Below are positions 43,935 through 55,175 of a stretch of 64,000 bases of DNA, in pieces. The notes below the pieces were generated by a model that made no database searches, had not been told where the DNA came from, and was given only the letters and a program-made list of their open reading frames with translations. The position numbers were made by a program, and so were the translations under genes. How positions within the stretch are numbered: the first letter of the stretch is position 1; each line of letters begins with the position of its first letter. The stretch is taken from positions 386,402-450,401 of the forward strand of contig CAVTZY010000024.1 in NCBI GenBank assembly GCA_963739235.1, read 5' to 3'. Source of the stretch: Terriglobia bacterium (lineage in GTDB: Bacteria > Acidobacteriota > UBA6911).

Positions 43935-46900
43935 TCACCGGGCTTCCGAATAGACCGATAGCGAACCGCGATTGAGCAGCTCTTCCATCCACAGGAACTG
44001 ATGGGCAGGGCCCAAACGCATGATTTCCTTCATCAGATCATTCCAGGAGCCGACGCGAGTTGACGCAGGGTCGGCAACGAGATACTGCAATGCGAGCTCA
44101 CCAACCATTCCAGCAACGGCTGCGGGTGCTCCGGAAGCATAACCGATTTCGGCCAATCGGACCTTTAGGTCAATGATACGATCAAACAGGTAATCCGGCG
44201 AAGCAGAGTTTTGCAGCCGTTCGTAGGAGTCACAAAACCGCAGAGCAACGTCTGAGATGCCCAAGCGCCGCCGGATGGAGCATCCGTACTGCTCGACTTC
44301 CCTTTGAAAAGCATCCAGCTCCGCGGATTGCTCTGCCGGGACTATCTCGCGCAGCCTCTCGAGCGCAGGACTCATGATGATTGGAGCCTTCAACGGCGCG
44401 TCGATATCGCAGGCATAAGCGCAAAGGCGCTGGCGGGCGCGTGCGGGCAATATTCCGGCCTCCGCGAGATAGGCCTCCCCCTGAAAGAACAATTCCGAAG
44501 GCGAGAGCAGTTCCAAAGCGCCGATGGGGTCGCCGCGGCTCGCAAGATCGGCAAGCTGGTTCCTGCGCAATGGCGAAACAAGTGCGGCCAGATGTTGATC
44601 GCACCATCCATCCGTTGCGGGAGCCGGCAAACACAACGCCATCAGCTCGCGTCCCAGGCGCGTCGACAGGGCCACGTATTCTTGCGCCCGATCCGTGCGC
44701 AGCTGCGAATGGATCACGCGCATTCCGGTGAGCATCGCCGGCAGGAGTTTGCCCGGGCCCCATCTGCCGAAGCTCTGGGCGGATGCCGCCGTCTCCAGTC
44801 TGTTCAATTGAATCTGCAGCCCTGCGAGCGAGCCCGTCATGGCGCCCCCGCGTTCATTGCCCTGCCCCTCGAGCAGCACCGCCTCCAACCAACCCGTCTG
44901 CGCCGGCTGCCGGCGCGGGTAGAAATCGTGTTTCCGAATGAAATCCGGATCGTAACTGAGGACCGCGGACTGGGGAGAACCATCATACGCGTAGCAGTGG
45001 CCCAACAGCGCCACCCCGAGCTCCGTATGCAGAACAGCGGCGACCTGTTTCATGACTCTCTGGACCCATGCGGGATAATCGCGCAGGATTACGGGATCCG
45101 ACGGTGCTTCCAATTCTTTGGCAAGATCCTCGTATGCGTTTGGAGGGGGCGACGGCACTTTGTTTTGAGAAGTTGCCGCTGCCGAGGCAGGGGCTGGAAG
45201 CTTGCGGATCGCCGCGGCGAGGCTTTGCAGCCATTCGGTGTGACGTTCACGACTCGCAAGGATTCTCTTCGCCAGCTGAACCGCTTGGAGCAAATCGGCG
45301 ACGGGTGCCAGGTGTTGCAGCCCGAAGACACTCTTAATACGCTGCAGTTGTTCAGCGTGAGCCTCTTGGACAAGCGGCGCACCGTTGAACAAAAAGACCC
45401 TCCGTTCAATGGGTCCTGCCAGCGCCTCCAGCAGCAACCCGGGCGAGTCGGCCGGCATCCGCAGAGAATTCGCCAATTCCGGCAACAGCATGTCGGTCAG
45501 GAAGGTTGAAACATTGTCCAAAAAGGCCGGTTCCTCGGCGGCGGCAAAACTCGCGAGTGCCGCCTTTAGAAGCATCTGGCCCGTCGGCGTGTCGATCACG
45601 CCTTCCCGGCAAAAGGCGGAGATCAGAAAAAAGAGCGACTGGCTGGTGCGCGTGCGGTTGACGTTCCAGGCCGTGTCCCGTGCCTGTGCGACATCCCTGC
45701 AGTAGGCAAAATACGGCACCAGCAAGTCCGCCCGCGCGCGGATATCCCATATCAAATCGAGGTATATCTGGGATTCAGCAGGACTGCGCATGATGGCTTT
45801 GATTCCGTCGTCAGTAAGGATCTCAGGCCGGACATCCTGGATAAATCTCACGAATTCGACAAGACCGGCGCCGGCACCCGGAGCAGCCACGGGATCCGAC
45901 TTTCCCCCTGATTGTACGAGGCTCGCGATATCTTTCACCGAGATGCCGGTTTCGGATCGGCTGGGAAACAAATAGGGGATAAAGCGGGGATCGACGGGAA
46001 GAACCAGTCTCTGCTCGTCGGCAGCCAGCATGCGGACCAGCCGGGCCGCTTCGGGATTCCAGTGAGTGGGCGAGGCGTCGGATGAGACTTTCGGTGCGAC
46101 CAGATTGGTTAATATATCAAGGCTGTTCGCTGAGGGCGCAAAAAGGCGCTGCACTGCAGGGGGGGCGCAGGTAAGGGTATAGTACGTGTACACCAGCCTG
46201 CCTCTGCCATTTTCCAGGAACTGGCGGATTAAGGACAGGGGATCTTGACGGGGAGCGCCTGCCGAGCTGACCGATGCCCCGGGAAGAACCAGCCCATCGG
46301 CCCTAAAGTCGAGGAAGCGGCCGATACTCTCCAGGATTTGAGTCAGAGGAATCAATTCTCTCCCGCTGAAAGTTTGGAGCAGAGCCGCGCGCCACGGTGC
46401 GGGACAGTGCTCCAGTGCCAAGTACAGCTTCATCTCATCGGGGCGTCGAATTAACTCGGCGACCAGAAGGCGTGGATCGCGGTTCGGGAGGCCGAGGATC
46501 TTGCCTTGCATCAAATTGGCATCGATCATCGATGGGAGAATCTCATCTCCCATCGTGAACCGGAGTTCCCGGAGGTCTTGGGCTTCGATATCGATTCCCA
46601 GCCGTCTCAGCAGTCGTTGCTCTTGCTGGATCAAAGGATCGTGACTCACGATAAGGGTGACCGCTCTTCTCCCCTTCTTTTGCTTTGACGAGTATTTGAT
46701 CCCAAAAAAGCTGAGAAATTTTTTTGTCTGATTAATAGCCGGGCCATCCCCGGTTAACGGCAGAACGTATCTCTGTCTTTTCCCCGCCTCGTCCGTCGGC
46801 AGGAGAGATATCCCTTTGCGCTTCATGTACTGAAGCAGTCGATCGTAGGTGCGAAAATGATCGAGGATCTCGGACTGGAGCCGGGTGAGCTTGTTTGTGT

Positions 46901-49106
46901 TTACCGCCGAGGGGAGAGTGTCGAGAATGGCGGAAAATACTTTCCCGGTTGCGGTGGCGTCTCTTAGTGCAGCCGGATCGAGTCCGAGAATGCCGGCCAG
47001 CGGCGCCAGTCCTCCCGGAACAATCATGCCCGGCACACTACCGGCAGGCGCTTTTTGGGAGGTGTTGCCAAAGTGTTCTGCGGTACCGGTTACCATCAAT
47101 GACAAATACGCCAGGTGAGAGGAGAGTTCTGGGCCGGGCTTGGATGTCTGATCCGGAGGCGAAGCCTGAGAGGCCTGATAATCAAGCAGAGCCTGGCCGT
47201 ATTCTTCGATACGTTCCCTGAATCCGGCGGCTTCGCGATAAAATGCCGGCGCGTTGTCCGGCATCCTTGCAGCGCCGTCCTCGAGCACGGCCGCCGCGTT
47301 CGTGAATGCTCCGGCTCGCGCGAAGAGTCCGGATATTCGGCGGGTGGCGTTTGCATCGGATGGATTGATCGCGAGCGCCCGGCGCATGGTCAGCACGGCT
47401 TCCGGGCCATGCCCGGATTCGATTTCCGCTTCGGCCAGATGCAGTAGAATATCGGCGCGCGCGGGGGAGATGTTGCCCGCCTTCTCAAAGCTGGTTAGCG
47501 CCGATTCCCACTGGTGGGCACGTCCACGGATTTTTCCGATCTGCAAATGGACATCCGGGTCATCGGGCCGAAGCGTAGCCGCCCGCAGCGCGGTTTCAAG
47601 TGCCTTTTGGATTCTTCCGTGGATGGAGTCCATTTCCGAACCGCATATCATGGCGGTGACATTTTGCGGGTCCGCTGCCAGCGCCGCCTGGATCTGATCT
47701 GTTGCAGCCGCCTCCTTCCCGAGACGTAATAGAAGACACCCATACTCGGAATGAGCCTGGCTGCTGTCCTGACCCAGATCAGTGAGGCTGGCGTAAATCT
47801 TCCCGGCTTCATCATCGCGGCCGGCCGCCGCAAGTAGCCGGGCGAACGTCCACTTGAATTGCGCTGAGTTCGGCAGCATCTCGGGCGGCAACGACTTGAG
47901 CGTTTCGAGCGCCTCGGCCGATTTGCCAAGCTTGCGAGACACTTCCCCATAGAGGATAAGCACGCGCTCGGTTCGGGGCACAAACGCCATGACCTTCGTT
48001 AGATGTGCCTCTGCAATATTGAGTTCTCCCGCCTCCGATGCGTATTTGGCACTGAAGTAAAAGACATCGGGATTGCCCGGATCCAACTGGACGCTGTTTT
48101 GAATGAACCTGACTGCCGTTGTTGTGTCGCCGTTTTCGGCGGCTTTTTGCGCCCGTCCGATCCATTCGAACGCCTCGAGCATGCTTTCGTATTCGGGCGC
48201 AGGAGCATCTTCGTGGATGTGCCAGATCGCAGCCGGCGCACGCAAATCCAGATGGCTACCGGTCTGAGCTGCTGCCCGGATTGAGAGATCGAACCGTCCA
48301 CAAAGGGTTACGGCTGCCTTTGGCTGCACTTCGAGAAGAAAGCCTCTTCTTCGGGCGTCGCGCACCTGACGAATAACCAACGCCTCCTCAACTTCATTCG
48401 TGAAGCTCATGCCTCCTGTGGCCGCGCAGATTGAGCCGAGGCTGCCGACGCCTTCCAGGTAGCTGTGGACGACGCTCCCTTTGCGCCGGCAGGCCTCCAG
48501 GACGCGACGCTCTGCGCCGAACCTGAGGTAGCTGCTGTTATCACCGTCGAAAGACCGATCCTTGCCCACCAGGAGGCAATCCACCGGCCCACCGCCGGCT
48601 TCAGCCTTCTGCAGCAGGTCTGCTACCAGGTCCAGAAGGCGGCCCGGGCCGTTCCGCGATTCCGATTCGGTTCCCGGCATCAGGCGCATGATGGCCGACA
48701 CAATGTCGGCCGACGATGCGCCGGAACTCTCGGACGGGTCGTAAATGATCCCGTCGAGAGTCGGAATTCCCACACGAATCTTTTGCTGCGATCGGTCCGG
48801 AAACTCCGCGGCGAGCGCTGCGACAAGAGCGGTAACGCGGCGGCCCAGTTGCGGAATGGAGTATGAAGCCGGGTCGATGATGATCAGCAACGTGCGGGTC
48901 AAGCTCATGGGTGATGCTGACTTAACCTGCAATTCGACAGATGGAGCGGAGGCGGCGAAGGTGACGCCTTCTTGGGGTTCGGCCAGGTAGGCAGGAAAGA
49001 AGAACGATGTCGCTTTCTCATCCGGCTCTCGCGCCGTGAGCGTCGGCGAGCCGGCATGGAACATCGTCAAGCACAGGAACGCGAGTGCGGGAGCGAAACC
49101 CCTCAT
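43935..49106 (-). CDS. 1723-aa secreted protein: degenerate vWA-like N-terminus, TPR block, ~1100-aa C-terminal region of unknown function
   Basis: Uninterrupted 5.2-kb ORF. Signal peptide MRGFAPALAFLCLTMFHAGSPTLTA. TPR-like repeats span roughly aa 310-640. I recognise no motif in the remainder. Confidence 0.75.
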   Translation of the reverse strand: MRGFAPALAFLCLTMFHAGSPTLTAREPDEKATSFFFPAYLAEPQEGVTFAASAPSVELQVKSASPMSLTRTLLIIIDPASYSIPQLGRRVTALVAALAAEFPDRSQQKIRVGIPTLDGIIYDPSESSGASSADIVSAIMRLMPGTESESRNGPGRLLDLVADLLQKAEAGGGPVDCLLVGKDRSFDGDNSSYLRFGAERRVLEACRRKGSVVHSYLEGVGSLGSICAATGGMSFTNEVEEALVIRQVRDARRRGFLLEVQPKAAVTLCGRFDLSIRAAAQTGSHLDLRAPAAIWHIHEDAPAPEYESMLEAFEWIGRAQKAAENGDTTTAVRFIQNSVQLDPGNPDVFYFSAKYASEAGELNIAEAHLTKVMAFVPRTERVLILYGEVSRKLGKSAEALETLKSLPPEMLPNSAQFKWTFARLLAAAGRDDEAGKIYASLTDLGQDSSQAHSEYGCLLLRLGKEAAATDQIQAALAADPQNVTAMICGSEMDSIHGRIQKALETALRAATLRPDDPDVHLQIGKIRGRAHQWESALTSFEKAGNISPARADILLHLAEAEIESGHGPEAVLTMRRALAINPSDANATRRISGLFARAGAFTNAAAVLEDGAARMPDNAPAFYREAAGFRERIEEYGQALLDYQASQASPPDQTSKPGPELSSHLAYLSLMVTGTAEHFGNTSQKAPAGSVPGMIVPGGLAPLAGILGLDPAALRDATATGKVFSAILDTLPSAVNTNKLTRLQSEILDHFRTYDRLLQYMKRKGISLLPTDEAGKRQRYVLPLTGDGPAINQTKKFLSFFGIKYSSKQKKGRRAVTLIVSHDPLIQQEQRLLRRLGIDIEAQDLRELRFTMGDEILPSMIDANLMQGKILGLPNRDPRLLVAELIRRPDEMKLYLALEHCPAPWRAALLQTFSGRELIPLTQILESIGRFLDFRADGLVLPGASVSSAGAPRQDPLSLIRQFLENGRGRLVYTYYTLTCAPPAVQRLFAPSANSLDILTNLVAPKVSSDASPTHWNPEAARLVRMLAADEQRLVLPVDPRFIPYLFPSRSETGISVKDIASLVQSGGKSDPVAAPGAGAGLVEFVRFIQDVRPEILTDDGIKAIMRSPAESQIYLDLIWDIRARADLLVPYFAYCRDVAQARDTAWNVNRTRTSQSLFFLISAFCREGVIDTPTGQMLLKAALASFAAAEEPAFLDNVSTFLTDMLLPELANSLRMPADSPGLLLEALAGPIERRVFLFNGAPLVQEAHAEQLQRIKSVFGLQHLAPVADLLQAVQLAKRILASRERHTEWLQSLAAAIRKLPAPASAAATSQNKVPSPPPNAYEDLAKELEAPSDPVILRDYPAWVQRVMKQVAAVLHTELGVALLGHCYAYDGSPQSAVLSYDPDFIRKHDFYPRRQPAQTGWLEAVLLEGQGNERGGAMTGSLAGLQIQLNRLETAASAQSFGRWGPGKLLPAMLTGMRVIHSQLRTDRAQEYVALSTRLGRELMALCLPAPATDGWCDQHLAALVSPLRRNQLADLASRGDPIGALELLSPSELFFQGEAYLAEAGILPARARQRLCAYACDIDAPLKAPIIMSPALERLREIVPAEQSAELDAFQREVEQYGCSIRRRLGISDVALRFCDSYERLQNSASPDYLFDRIIDLKVRLAEIGYASGAPAAVAGMVGELALQYLVADPASTRVGSWNDLMKEIMRLGPAHQFLWMEELLNRGSLSVYSEAR

Positions 49107-49387
49107 GGCAAATGTCTCCCCTTTGCTTGATTCACGTTTTTCGGCATATCATGGCCGGCGAGATGCATCCCGCATTGTATGCCGAAACCGTTCCTCCCAC
49201 CAATGGATGATTGCCGGACCTGAGATTCAGACACCGGCAGCCGTCAGTGTTGGTAAAGTATGCGAGAGGCCGCAGTGAAAAACGCAGTGTCTGTTTGAGG
49301 GATGTCCTCTAAAAACAACTAGTCTGCGCTCTCACTGTCTCTCTGCGATCTTCGCGTTGATTTTTTGGGCTTCTGATAGCTGAAATG

Positions 49388-51781
49388 TCAGGGGTTGCGC
49401 AGAGCCTGCATGGGATCCACGCTTGCAGCCCGGCGCGCCGGCAGATAGCAGGCAGCAGCGGAGACCAGGATGAAAATCAAAGAGATGCCGGCAAGAATCA
49501 GGAATTCGACCGGTCGAACTCCAAAGAGGGAAATCGAGAGCACGCGTCCGAGTATCAAGGAAGCGGCCAATCCCGGGCCGATGCCGAACAGCGTGAGGGT
49601 GAGCCCCTGACCCATAACCAATCTCAATACGTCAAGCGGCCGGGCGCCGAGCGCCACGCGCATGCCGATCTCGTGGGTGCGCTGAGAGACTGTATAGGAC
49701 AAGACCCCATAAATTCCCACAGCCGCCAGAATCAAGGCTCCCAGCGCTACCAGGCTGAGCGCGGAGGTTCCAAACCTGATGACCCCCATATTCGAGGAAC
49801 AGGCGCTCTCCATCGTCATGATGCGCGAAATCGGCTGGTCGGGATCGATCGCGCGCACCTCCTGCTTAACCGCTGCCGTGATCGCCAGCGGATCTGCGAG
49901 AGCCGTTGCCGCCACGACGGCCATGTCACCGTCTGGGGCCTGCGTGAATGGGACGAATATTTCCGGAACAGGTTTGAGGCTGAGCGGGATACTGCGTACG
50001 TCTGCAGCCACGCCGACCACGGTTCGGAGCTTACCTGCTACGTCGATCCTGCCGTCAATCGGGTTTTGATCGGTCCAGTATCTATGTGCCAGACTTTCAT
50101 TGACGATCGCCACTGCAGGCGAGGTAGCGCTATCCTGCTCCGTGAATTGCCGCCCCGCTTTCACGGCGATTGCCAAAGTGTTGAAATAGCCGGCACTCAC
50201 GGCCGTGAAGCGCGCCTGCGGCGCTTCACCGGGCGCCGGCAAAGGTCGCCCTCCAATGCTGAAGCTGCGCTGGGGAGAAGCTGTGGGCAAGTCGCTGGCA
50301 ACCCCGGCAGCACGGACTTCAGACCTGGATTCGAGGCGTCTCAATAGGTTTTGGAAAAAGGCGATTTTCCGATCGCTATCCGGGTACTGCCGGTCGGCGA
50401 GCAAGATCCTCATCGCAAGAACCTTCTCGGGACGGAAACCAAGATCGACGCTCCAGAGGCGGAACCAGCTTTTCACCGCCAGGCTCGCTCCCATCAACAG
50501 CAAGAGCGAAAAGGCTACCTCAGAAGCGACCAGAAAATCTTTGAAGCGGCGCTTCGAGACGCCTCCGGAGAGACTCCGGCTGCCTTCCTTCAAAGGCTGG
50601 CTCAACCCGGCTCCGGAAATTTGCAGGGCAGGCACCAGGCCCACCATCGTTCCCGCCAGAAGAAACAAGACCGTTGTTGCGGCCAGGACCGGCGCATCGA
50701 TCCCGATCCTAAGCAAACCCAGATTGGTGTCAATAAAGCGGGCGCTGATCCAATCGCAAGCCCAGACGGCAGCCAGAACTCCCAGGGCGCAACCAAGGAG
50801 CAGGAGCATCAGGTTCTCCGTCAGCAACTGGCATACCAGGCGCATCCGGCTTGCGCCTAAGGCCGCCCGCACCGCAAACTCCTTTTCTCGTGCCGCCGCA
50901 CGGGCCAGCAGCAGGTTGGTTACATTGGCGCAGGCGAGAGCGAGGATGGAGCCGACCAGGATGGCCAGCACGACGTAAGCCACAGTGTCGATTTCCGGGC
51001 GCAAAGGGCCGACCGATGCCGTCCAGCTTTTGTTTGTGTCGGGATGGGACGCAGCGATGCGTCGTGCAATCACCTCCATATCTGCCCGTGCGCGTTCCAG
51101 AGTGATCCCGGGTTTCAGGCGCGCCAACACCAGGCATGCTCGGGCACCGCGGTCCTCGGAAGGCGCGGGAACAAGAGGTATCCACAGGGCCGGTTCATAA
51201 CCAAGAGCCGGTGCCAGGTTCAGATTCTCCGGCAGGATTCCGACCACCGTGTGCGCCTGGCCATTCACCTTCAGGGTCTGCCCGATGATGGCCCGATCGG
51301 CGCCAAAGCGACGCTGCCAAAGATTGTGGCTCAGCAGCACCACCCGGCTGCCCTCGGCTGTGAATTCGCCCGCCAGAAAGGCGCGGCCCCAAGCGGGTTG
51401 TGCCCCCAACAGAGAGAGGGCGCTCTCCGAGACGCGCAGGCTGCTGATGCGTTCCGGTTCACTTCCTCCGGCCAGGTTGACGGCTTCAGGAGCGAATCCG
51501 GCCATATCTTCAAAAACCTGATTCTGGCCTTTCCAATCCAGAAAGGCCGGATAGGATGTCGGACCGCCGCCGCGCTGTCGCTCGCCGGCTTCGGTGACCA
51601 AGACAAGCTGTTCCGCATCTTTGAAGGGCATTGGAAAGTATATGAGGGCATGGATGACGCCGAAAATCGTGGTGTTGGTCCCGATGCCGAGGGCCAGGAT
51701 GATCACCACCACCGCGGTAAAGCCTGGTTGCGTGCGGATATTGCGCAGGCCGGAACGAAAATCTTGCACCAGGGCGCTCAT
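49388..51781 (-). CDS. Duplicated MacB/FtsX-type ABC permease (acidobacterial duplicated orphan permease type)
   Basis: Two copies of the architecture TM, MacB-like periplasmic domain, then FtsX 3-TM bundle. The ATG at 51781 (MSALVQDFRSGLRNIRTQPGFT) is the typical N-terminus. There is no adjacent ATPase gene. Confidence 0.85.
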   Translation of the reverse strand: MSALVQDFRSGLRNIRTQPGFTAVVVIILALGIGTNTTIFGVIHALIYFPMPFKDAEQLVLVTEAGERQRGGGPTSYPAFLDWKGQNQVFEDMAGFAPEAVNLAGGSEPERISSLRVSESALSLLGAQPAWGRAFLAGEFTAEGSRVVLLSHNLWQRRFGADRAIIGQTLKVNGQAHTVVGILPENLNLAPALGYEPALWIPLVPAPSEDRGARACLVLARLKPGITLERARADMEVIARRIAASHPDTNKSWTASVGPLRPEIDTVAYVVLAILVGSILALACANVTNLLLARAAAREKEFAVRAALGASRMRLVCQLLTENLMLLLLGCALGVLAAVWACDWISARFIDTNLGLLRIGIDAPVLAATTVLFLLAGTMVGLVPALQISGAGLSQPLKEGSRSLSGGVSKRRFKDFLVASEVAFSLLLLMGASLAVKSWFRLWSVDLGFRPEKVLAMRILLADRQYPDSDRKIAFFQNLLRRLESRSEVRAAGVASDLPTASPQRSFSIGGRPLPAPGEAPQARFTAVSAGYFNTLAIAVKAGRQFTEQDSATSPAVAIVNESLAHRYWTDQNPIDGRIDVAGKLRTVVGVAADVRSIPLSLKPVPEIFVPFTQAPDGDMAVVAATALADPLAITAAVKQEVRAIDPDQPISRIMTMESACSSNMGVIRFGTSALSLVALGALILAAVGIYGVLSYTVSQRTHEIGMRVALGARPLDVLRLVMGQGLTLTLFGIGPGLAASLILGRVLSISLFGVRPVEFLILAGISLIFILVSAAACYLPARRAASVDPMQALRNP

Positions 51782-51989
51782 GCGATTTACCTCCCCGTGA
51801 GTGAAATTTCCTAACAGTCGCAAGTCTAATGATGAAAACGCAATTACCCCCGAAAATGTTCCCCGCAGTTCCACGCACTGGGGCACCAAAGTGGGCGCCG
51901 TGCGAAAACGGGATGGGGATGGACCCGGATGGCGGAAAAGCCAGCGCCCCGCAGGGGAATGGACCACGAAGGGTGGAATATCCACGGCC

Positions 51990-52260
51990 CCTGAGGGGCC
52001 ATTAGATAGTAGCCCCGGGCAAGCGCAGCGCAGCCCGGGGTAGCATAATGGAAAAGGATAGAGCCCCGGCAGGGGCGATGGAATGACGGCGGAGACAAAC
52101 GCGAATCTGATTTTGTCTTTCGCCCCTCCAGGGCTCTTCGTTGTTGTTTGGCTGACCCCGGGCTGCGCTGCGCTTGCCCGGGGCTACTATCTCTGGGCCC
52201 CTCCGATTGTGCGATATGGCGCGTACCACAACATGTTGGGGGGAGCGACATATTGCACAA
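51990..52260. repeat. REP-like cluster (CCCCGGGC..GCCCGGGG family) in both orientations
   Basis: AGTAGCCCCGGGCAAGCGCAGCGCAGCCCGGGG and CCCCGGGCTGCGCTGCGCTTGCCCGGGGCTACT. Confidence 0.6.
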
Positions 52261-52468
52261 TCACAGGTTGCGTCAATTTTGACTGCGCAGCAGGCACAAT
52301 TGCGTAACCTCCGGGGCCCTCACAAACCTGACGCCTGCGTTCCCAACGGGACACCATTGCTTCCTGGAATTCGAGACCCGCAAACCTGCGATCACGCGCT
52401 CTGAAGTGCGGATTAGTGATAGAATGCGGCAACCTGTTGGCGCTCTCATTCCTTTCATGGAGGACGTT

Positions 52469-54531
52469 ATGTATTTACGATGCCTGAAAAAACTGCTATG
52501 GATCCCCATTGCGATGGTTGCTCTGGTGTCGGCGCAGGAGGCTAAACGGCCGATGACGGTCGATGACGCGCTCGACATGATCCAGGTCTCCGGACCGCAG
52601 ATCTCACCCGATGGCAAATGGATCCTGTACTCGCGCTCCGACTCAAGTGGAAAGACAACAAGCGCGAATCCCGGTTTTTCATGATTCCTGCCGATGGCGG
52701 GGAGCCATTTCAATTCCTTTCCGGCGATAATGACTCGGGGCCGGCCTGGTCCCCGGATTCGTCCGGCGTTGCGTTCCTCGCTAACCGCGAGAGAGCAGCA
52801 GCAGGCGGCGAAAATGCAGGGCGGCAGATCTACCTGATCCGCACCAACGGCGGCGAGGCCGTGAAGCTGACCGACCACAAGGATGGTCTGAACTCTTTCC
52901 GCTGGTCCGAGGACGGAAAGTCGATTTTCTTCGTAGCCAACGAGCTCAAAAGCCAGGAACAGAAGGCGGCGGAAAAAGCCGGCGATGACGTGATCGCCGT
53001 GGATGAAGGATCCAATGGCCAGGGCCGTGGCCAATGGAATGAGCTCTGGGTCTATGAGCTTGCCTCCAAGAAAGAGAACAAGATCACCAAAGAAAAGATG
53101 ATCATCGGCAACTATGATCCCTCTCCTGACGGAACCAGGGTCGCGTTCACATACCGGACTGAGGATGCGCGCAATTCCGGCAACCTCTCCGAAATCGCCG
53201 TGGTCGATGTCTCATCCGGCACGATGACGCGCCTCACGAACAACAAGGCACCGGAGGGCCAGCCGAAATGGTCTCCGGATGGAAAGCTCTTGGGATTTAC
53301 TGCTGCGGGAATTACCGATTGGGATCTGCGCAACAACAAGCTCTGGATCATGGATATGGCTACGCGTCAGATCCGCCTGGCTTCCGGGACATTTGAAGGA
53401 GGCATTTCGGGGTATGAATGGCTGCCTGATCAGAAGTCCATTATCTTTGAAGGCTCGAATCGCGCATTACGAAATGTTTTCCGTCTCGATGTCGCCACCG
53501 GGAAGGTCACGCCGGTCACCAATGAGAAGGGCGTAATGAACGCGGGCAGCTACAGCCGAGACTTCACTCGCGGTGCCGGCACGTACTCCGATCCTTCCAC
53601 GCCGGGAGACATTTACCTCGTCGACCTGCGCAACGGCCAGAAGAAGCAGCTGACTCATGCGAACCCGCAGATCGCGAAGCTGGCGCTGGCCCGGACCGAG
53701 CTGGTGTCCTGGAAAAGCAAAGATGGGTTGGAGATCGAAGGCATCTTGAACCTCCCGGCGGACTACAAAGAAGGAACCAGACTCCCCCTCATTCTCAATG
53801 TGCACGGCGGCCCTGCGGGCGTTTTCGCCTACAGTTTCAGCGCCAACTATCATATCTATGCCGGCCTGGGATTCGCCTCGCTCTCGCCCAACGTGCGCGG
53901 ATCGAGCGGTTACAACGACGCTCTGTTGCGTGGCAACATGCGTGACATCGGCGGGGGAGACTACCAGGATCTGATGACCGGCGTGGACATGCTCATTGCC
54001 AAAGGTATCATCGATCCTGACAGAATGGGAATCAAAGGATGGAGCTACGGCGGCATACTCGGCGGGTGGACGATTACCCAAACCAACCGGTTCAAGGCGG
54101 CAAGCCTTGGGGCCATGGTCACCGATTGGTCGTCAGAGTATGCCATGGGATTTAACCATGACGTGCAGCTCTGGTACATCGGCGGCACTCCCTGGGATAA
54201 TCCGGCTCGATACCGTGAACAGTCTTCTTACACGCACATCAAGAACGTGCAGACCCCGACGATTCTCTTCCACGGTGAGAACGACACGACCGACACGATT
54301 GGCCAGAGCATGATGTATTATGTCGGCCTCAAGGACCGCAACGTTCCGGTGAAATTCCTCCGCTTTCCCCGCGAGCCCCATGGATTCCGCGAACCGCACC
54401 ATTCCAGAATCCGCGATATGGAAGAGCTTGCCTGGATGGAGAAGCATGTTCTGGGCAAAGAATGGAGGCCACCCGTTCGCCCGGAAGATCAGAAGAAGGA
54501 GAATCCCGCCGCCGAGCGGCATCCTTATTAG
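52469..54531 (+). CDS. S9-family prolyl oligopeptidase/acylaminoacyl-peptidase with N-terminal beta-propeller; one frameshift near 52641
   Basis: The signal peptide and first ~57 aa (..ISPDGKWILYSRS) are in one frame (track ORF 52406..52684). The rest (LKWKDNKRESRFFMIPADGGEP..) is in track ORF 52618..54531. Catalytic motifs are GWSYGG and ..HGENDTTD... Confidence 0.8.
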
Positions 54532-54539
54532 AAAAGTGG

Positions 54540-54560
54540 GCGCCGGGCGCCGCCCGGCGC
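54540..54560 (+). terminator. GC-rich hairpin after the S9 peptidase gene
   Basis: GCGCCGGGC-gcc-GCCCGGCGC, 9 nt after the stop. No T-run follows. Confidence 0.45.
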
Positions 54561-55053
54561 TCAGATCGCAGTGTTGGTGGACCCCAGGCCCCGGCCGGCG
54601 AGACTGTCTCAAAACTATGTTGCCGGCTGAAACGACAGCCCGAAGTTTGGGCAATAACCCCGGGCGTGAGCCCGGGGTTAGGCATGGTGAGGCGAAGAGC
54701 CCCTAAGGGGCAAAACCTCCGGCATCACAAGCGTTTCTCCCCTTCAGGGCTCCTATGGCCCGCATCCTAAACACCGGGCTTTCGCCCGGGGCTATTTTCT
54801 TCCGCGTCTTCGGCGCTGCAGGTTTGAGACAGTTTCCCCCGCCGGGGCCTCCGTTGCAGTTTCGCAGTGTTTTCGAAACTGAGTTGACGTTACGGGGCAT
54901 TCTTGCGGTGTTCGTCAAAGAAATCGGAGATTGCCCCAAAGCCGGGCTGCAGGACATTTTTATTATATTGAGAAGAGGTGAGGCTCTTTGCCGGAGGTCA
55001 CTTGGTTCAGAAGTTCATTTGACTGGCCTATTTGTGTTATTTCGTTTTCACGC

Positions 55054-55138
55054 CGCTCCTATTTCAAGTGGGACAAAACGATCATACGATTGGGAGAGCC
55101 CTCCTATTTTTTGATTGCCTCCTCAGAAGTAAAGTAGC
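55054..55138 (+). promoter_or_regulatory. Conserved upstream element, copy A
   Basis: CTCCTATTT..GATCATacgATTGGGAGAGCCCTCCTATTTTTTGATTGCCTCCTCAGAAGTAAAGTAG. Related copies lie at 58354-58430, 62941-63030 and 63283-63325. Confidence 0.5.
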
Positions 55139-55175
55139 CTCGTAACCCATAGCAAAAGATCTTGAGGAGACCATC

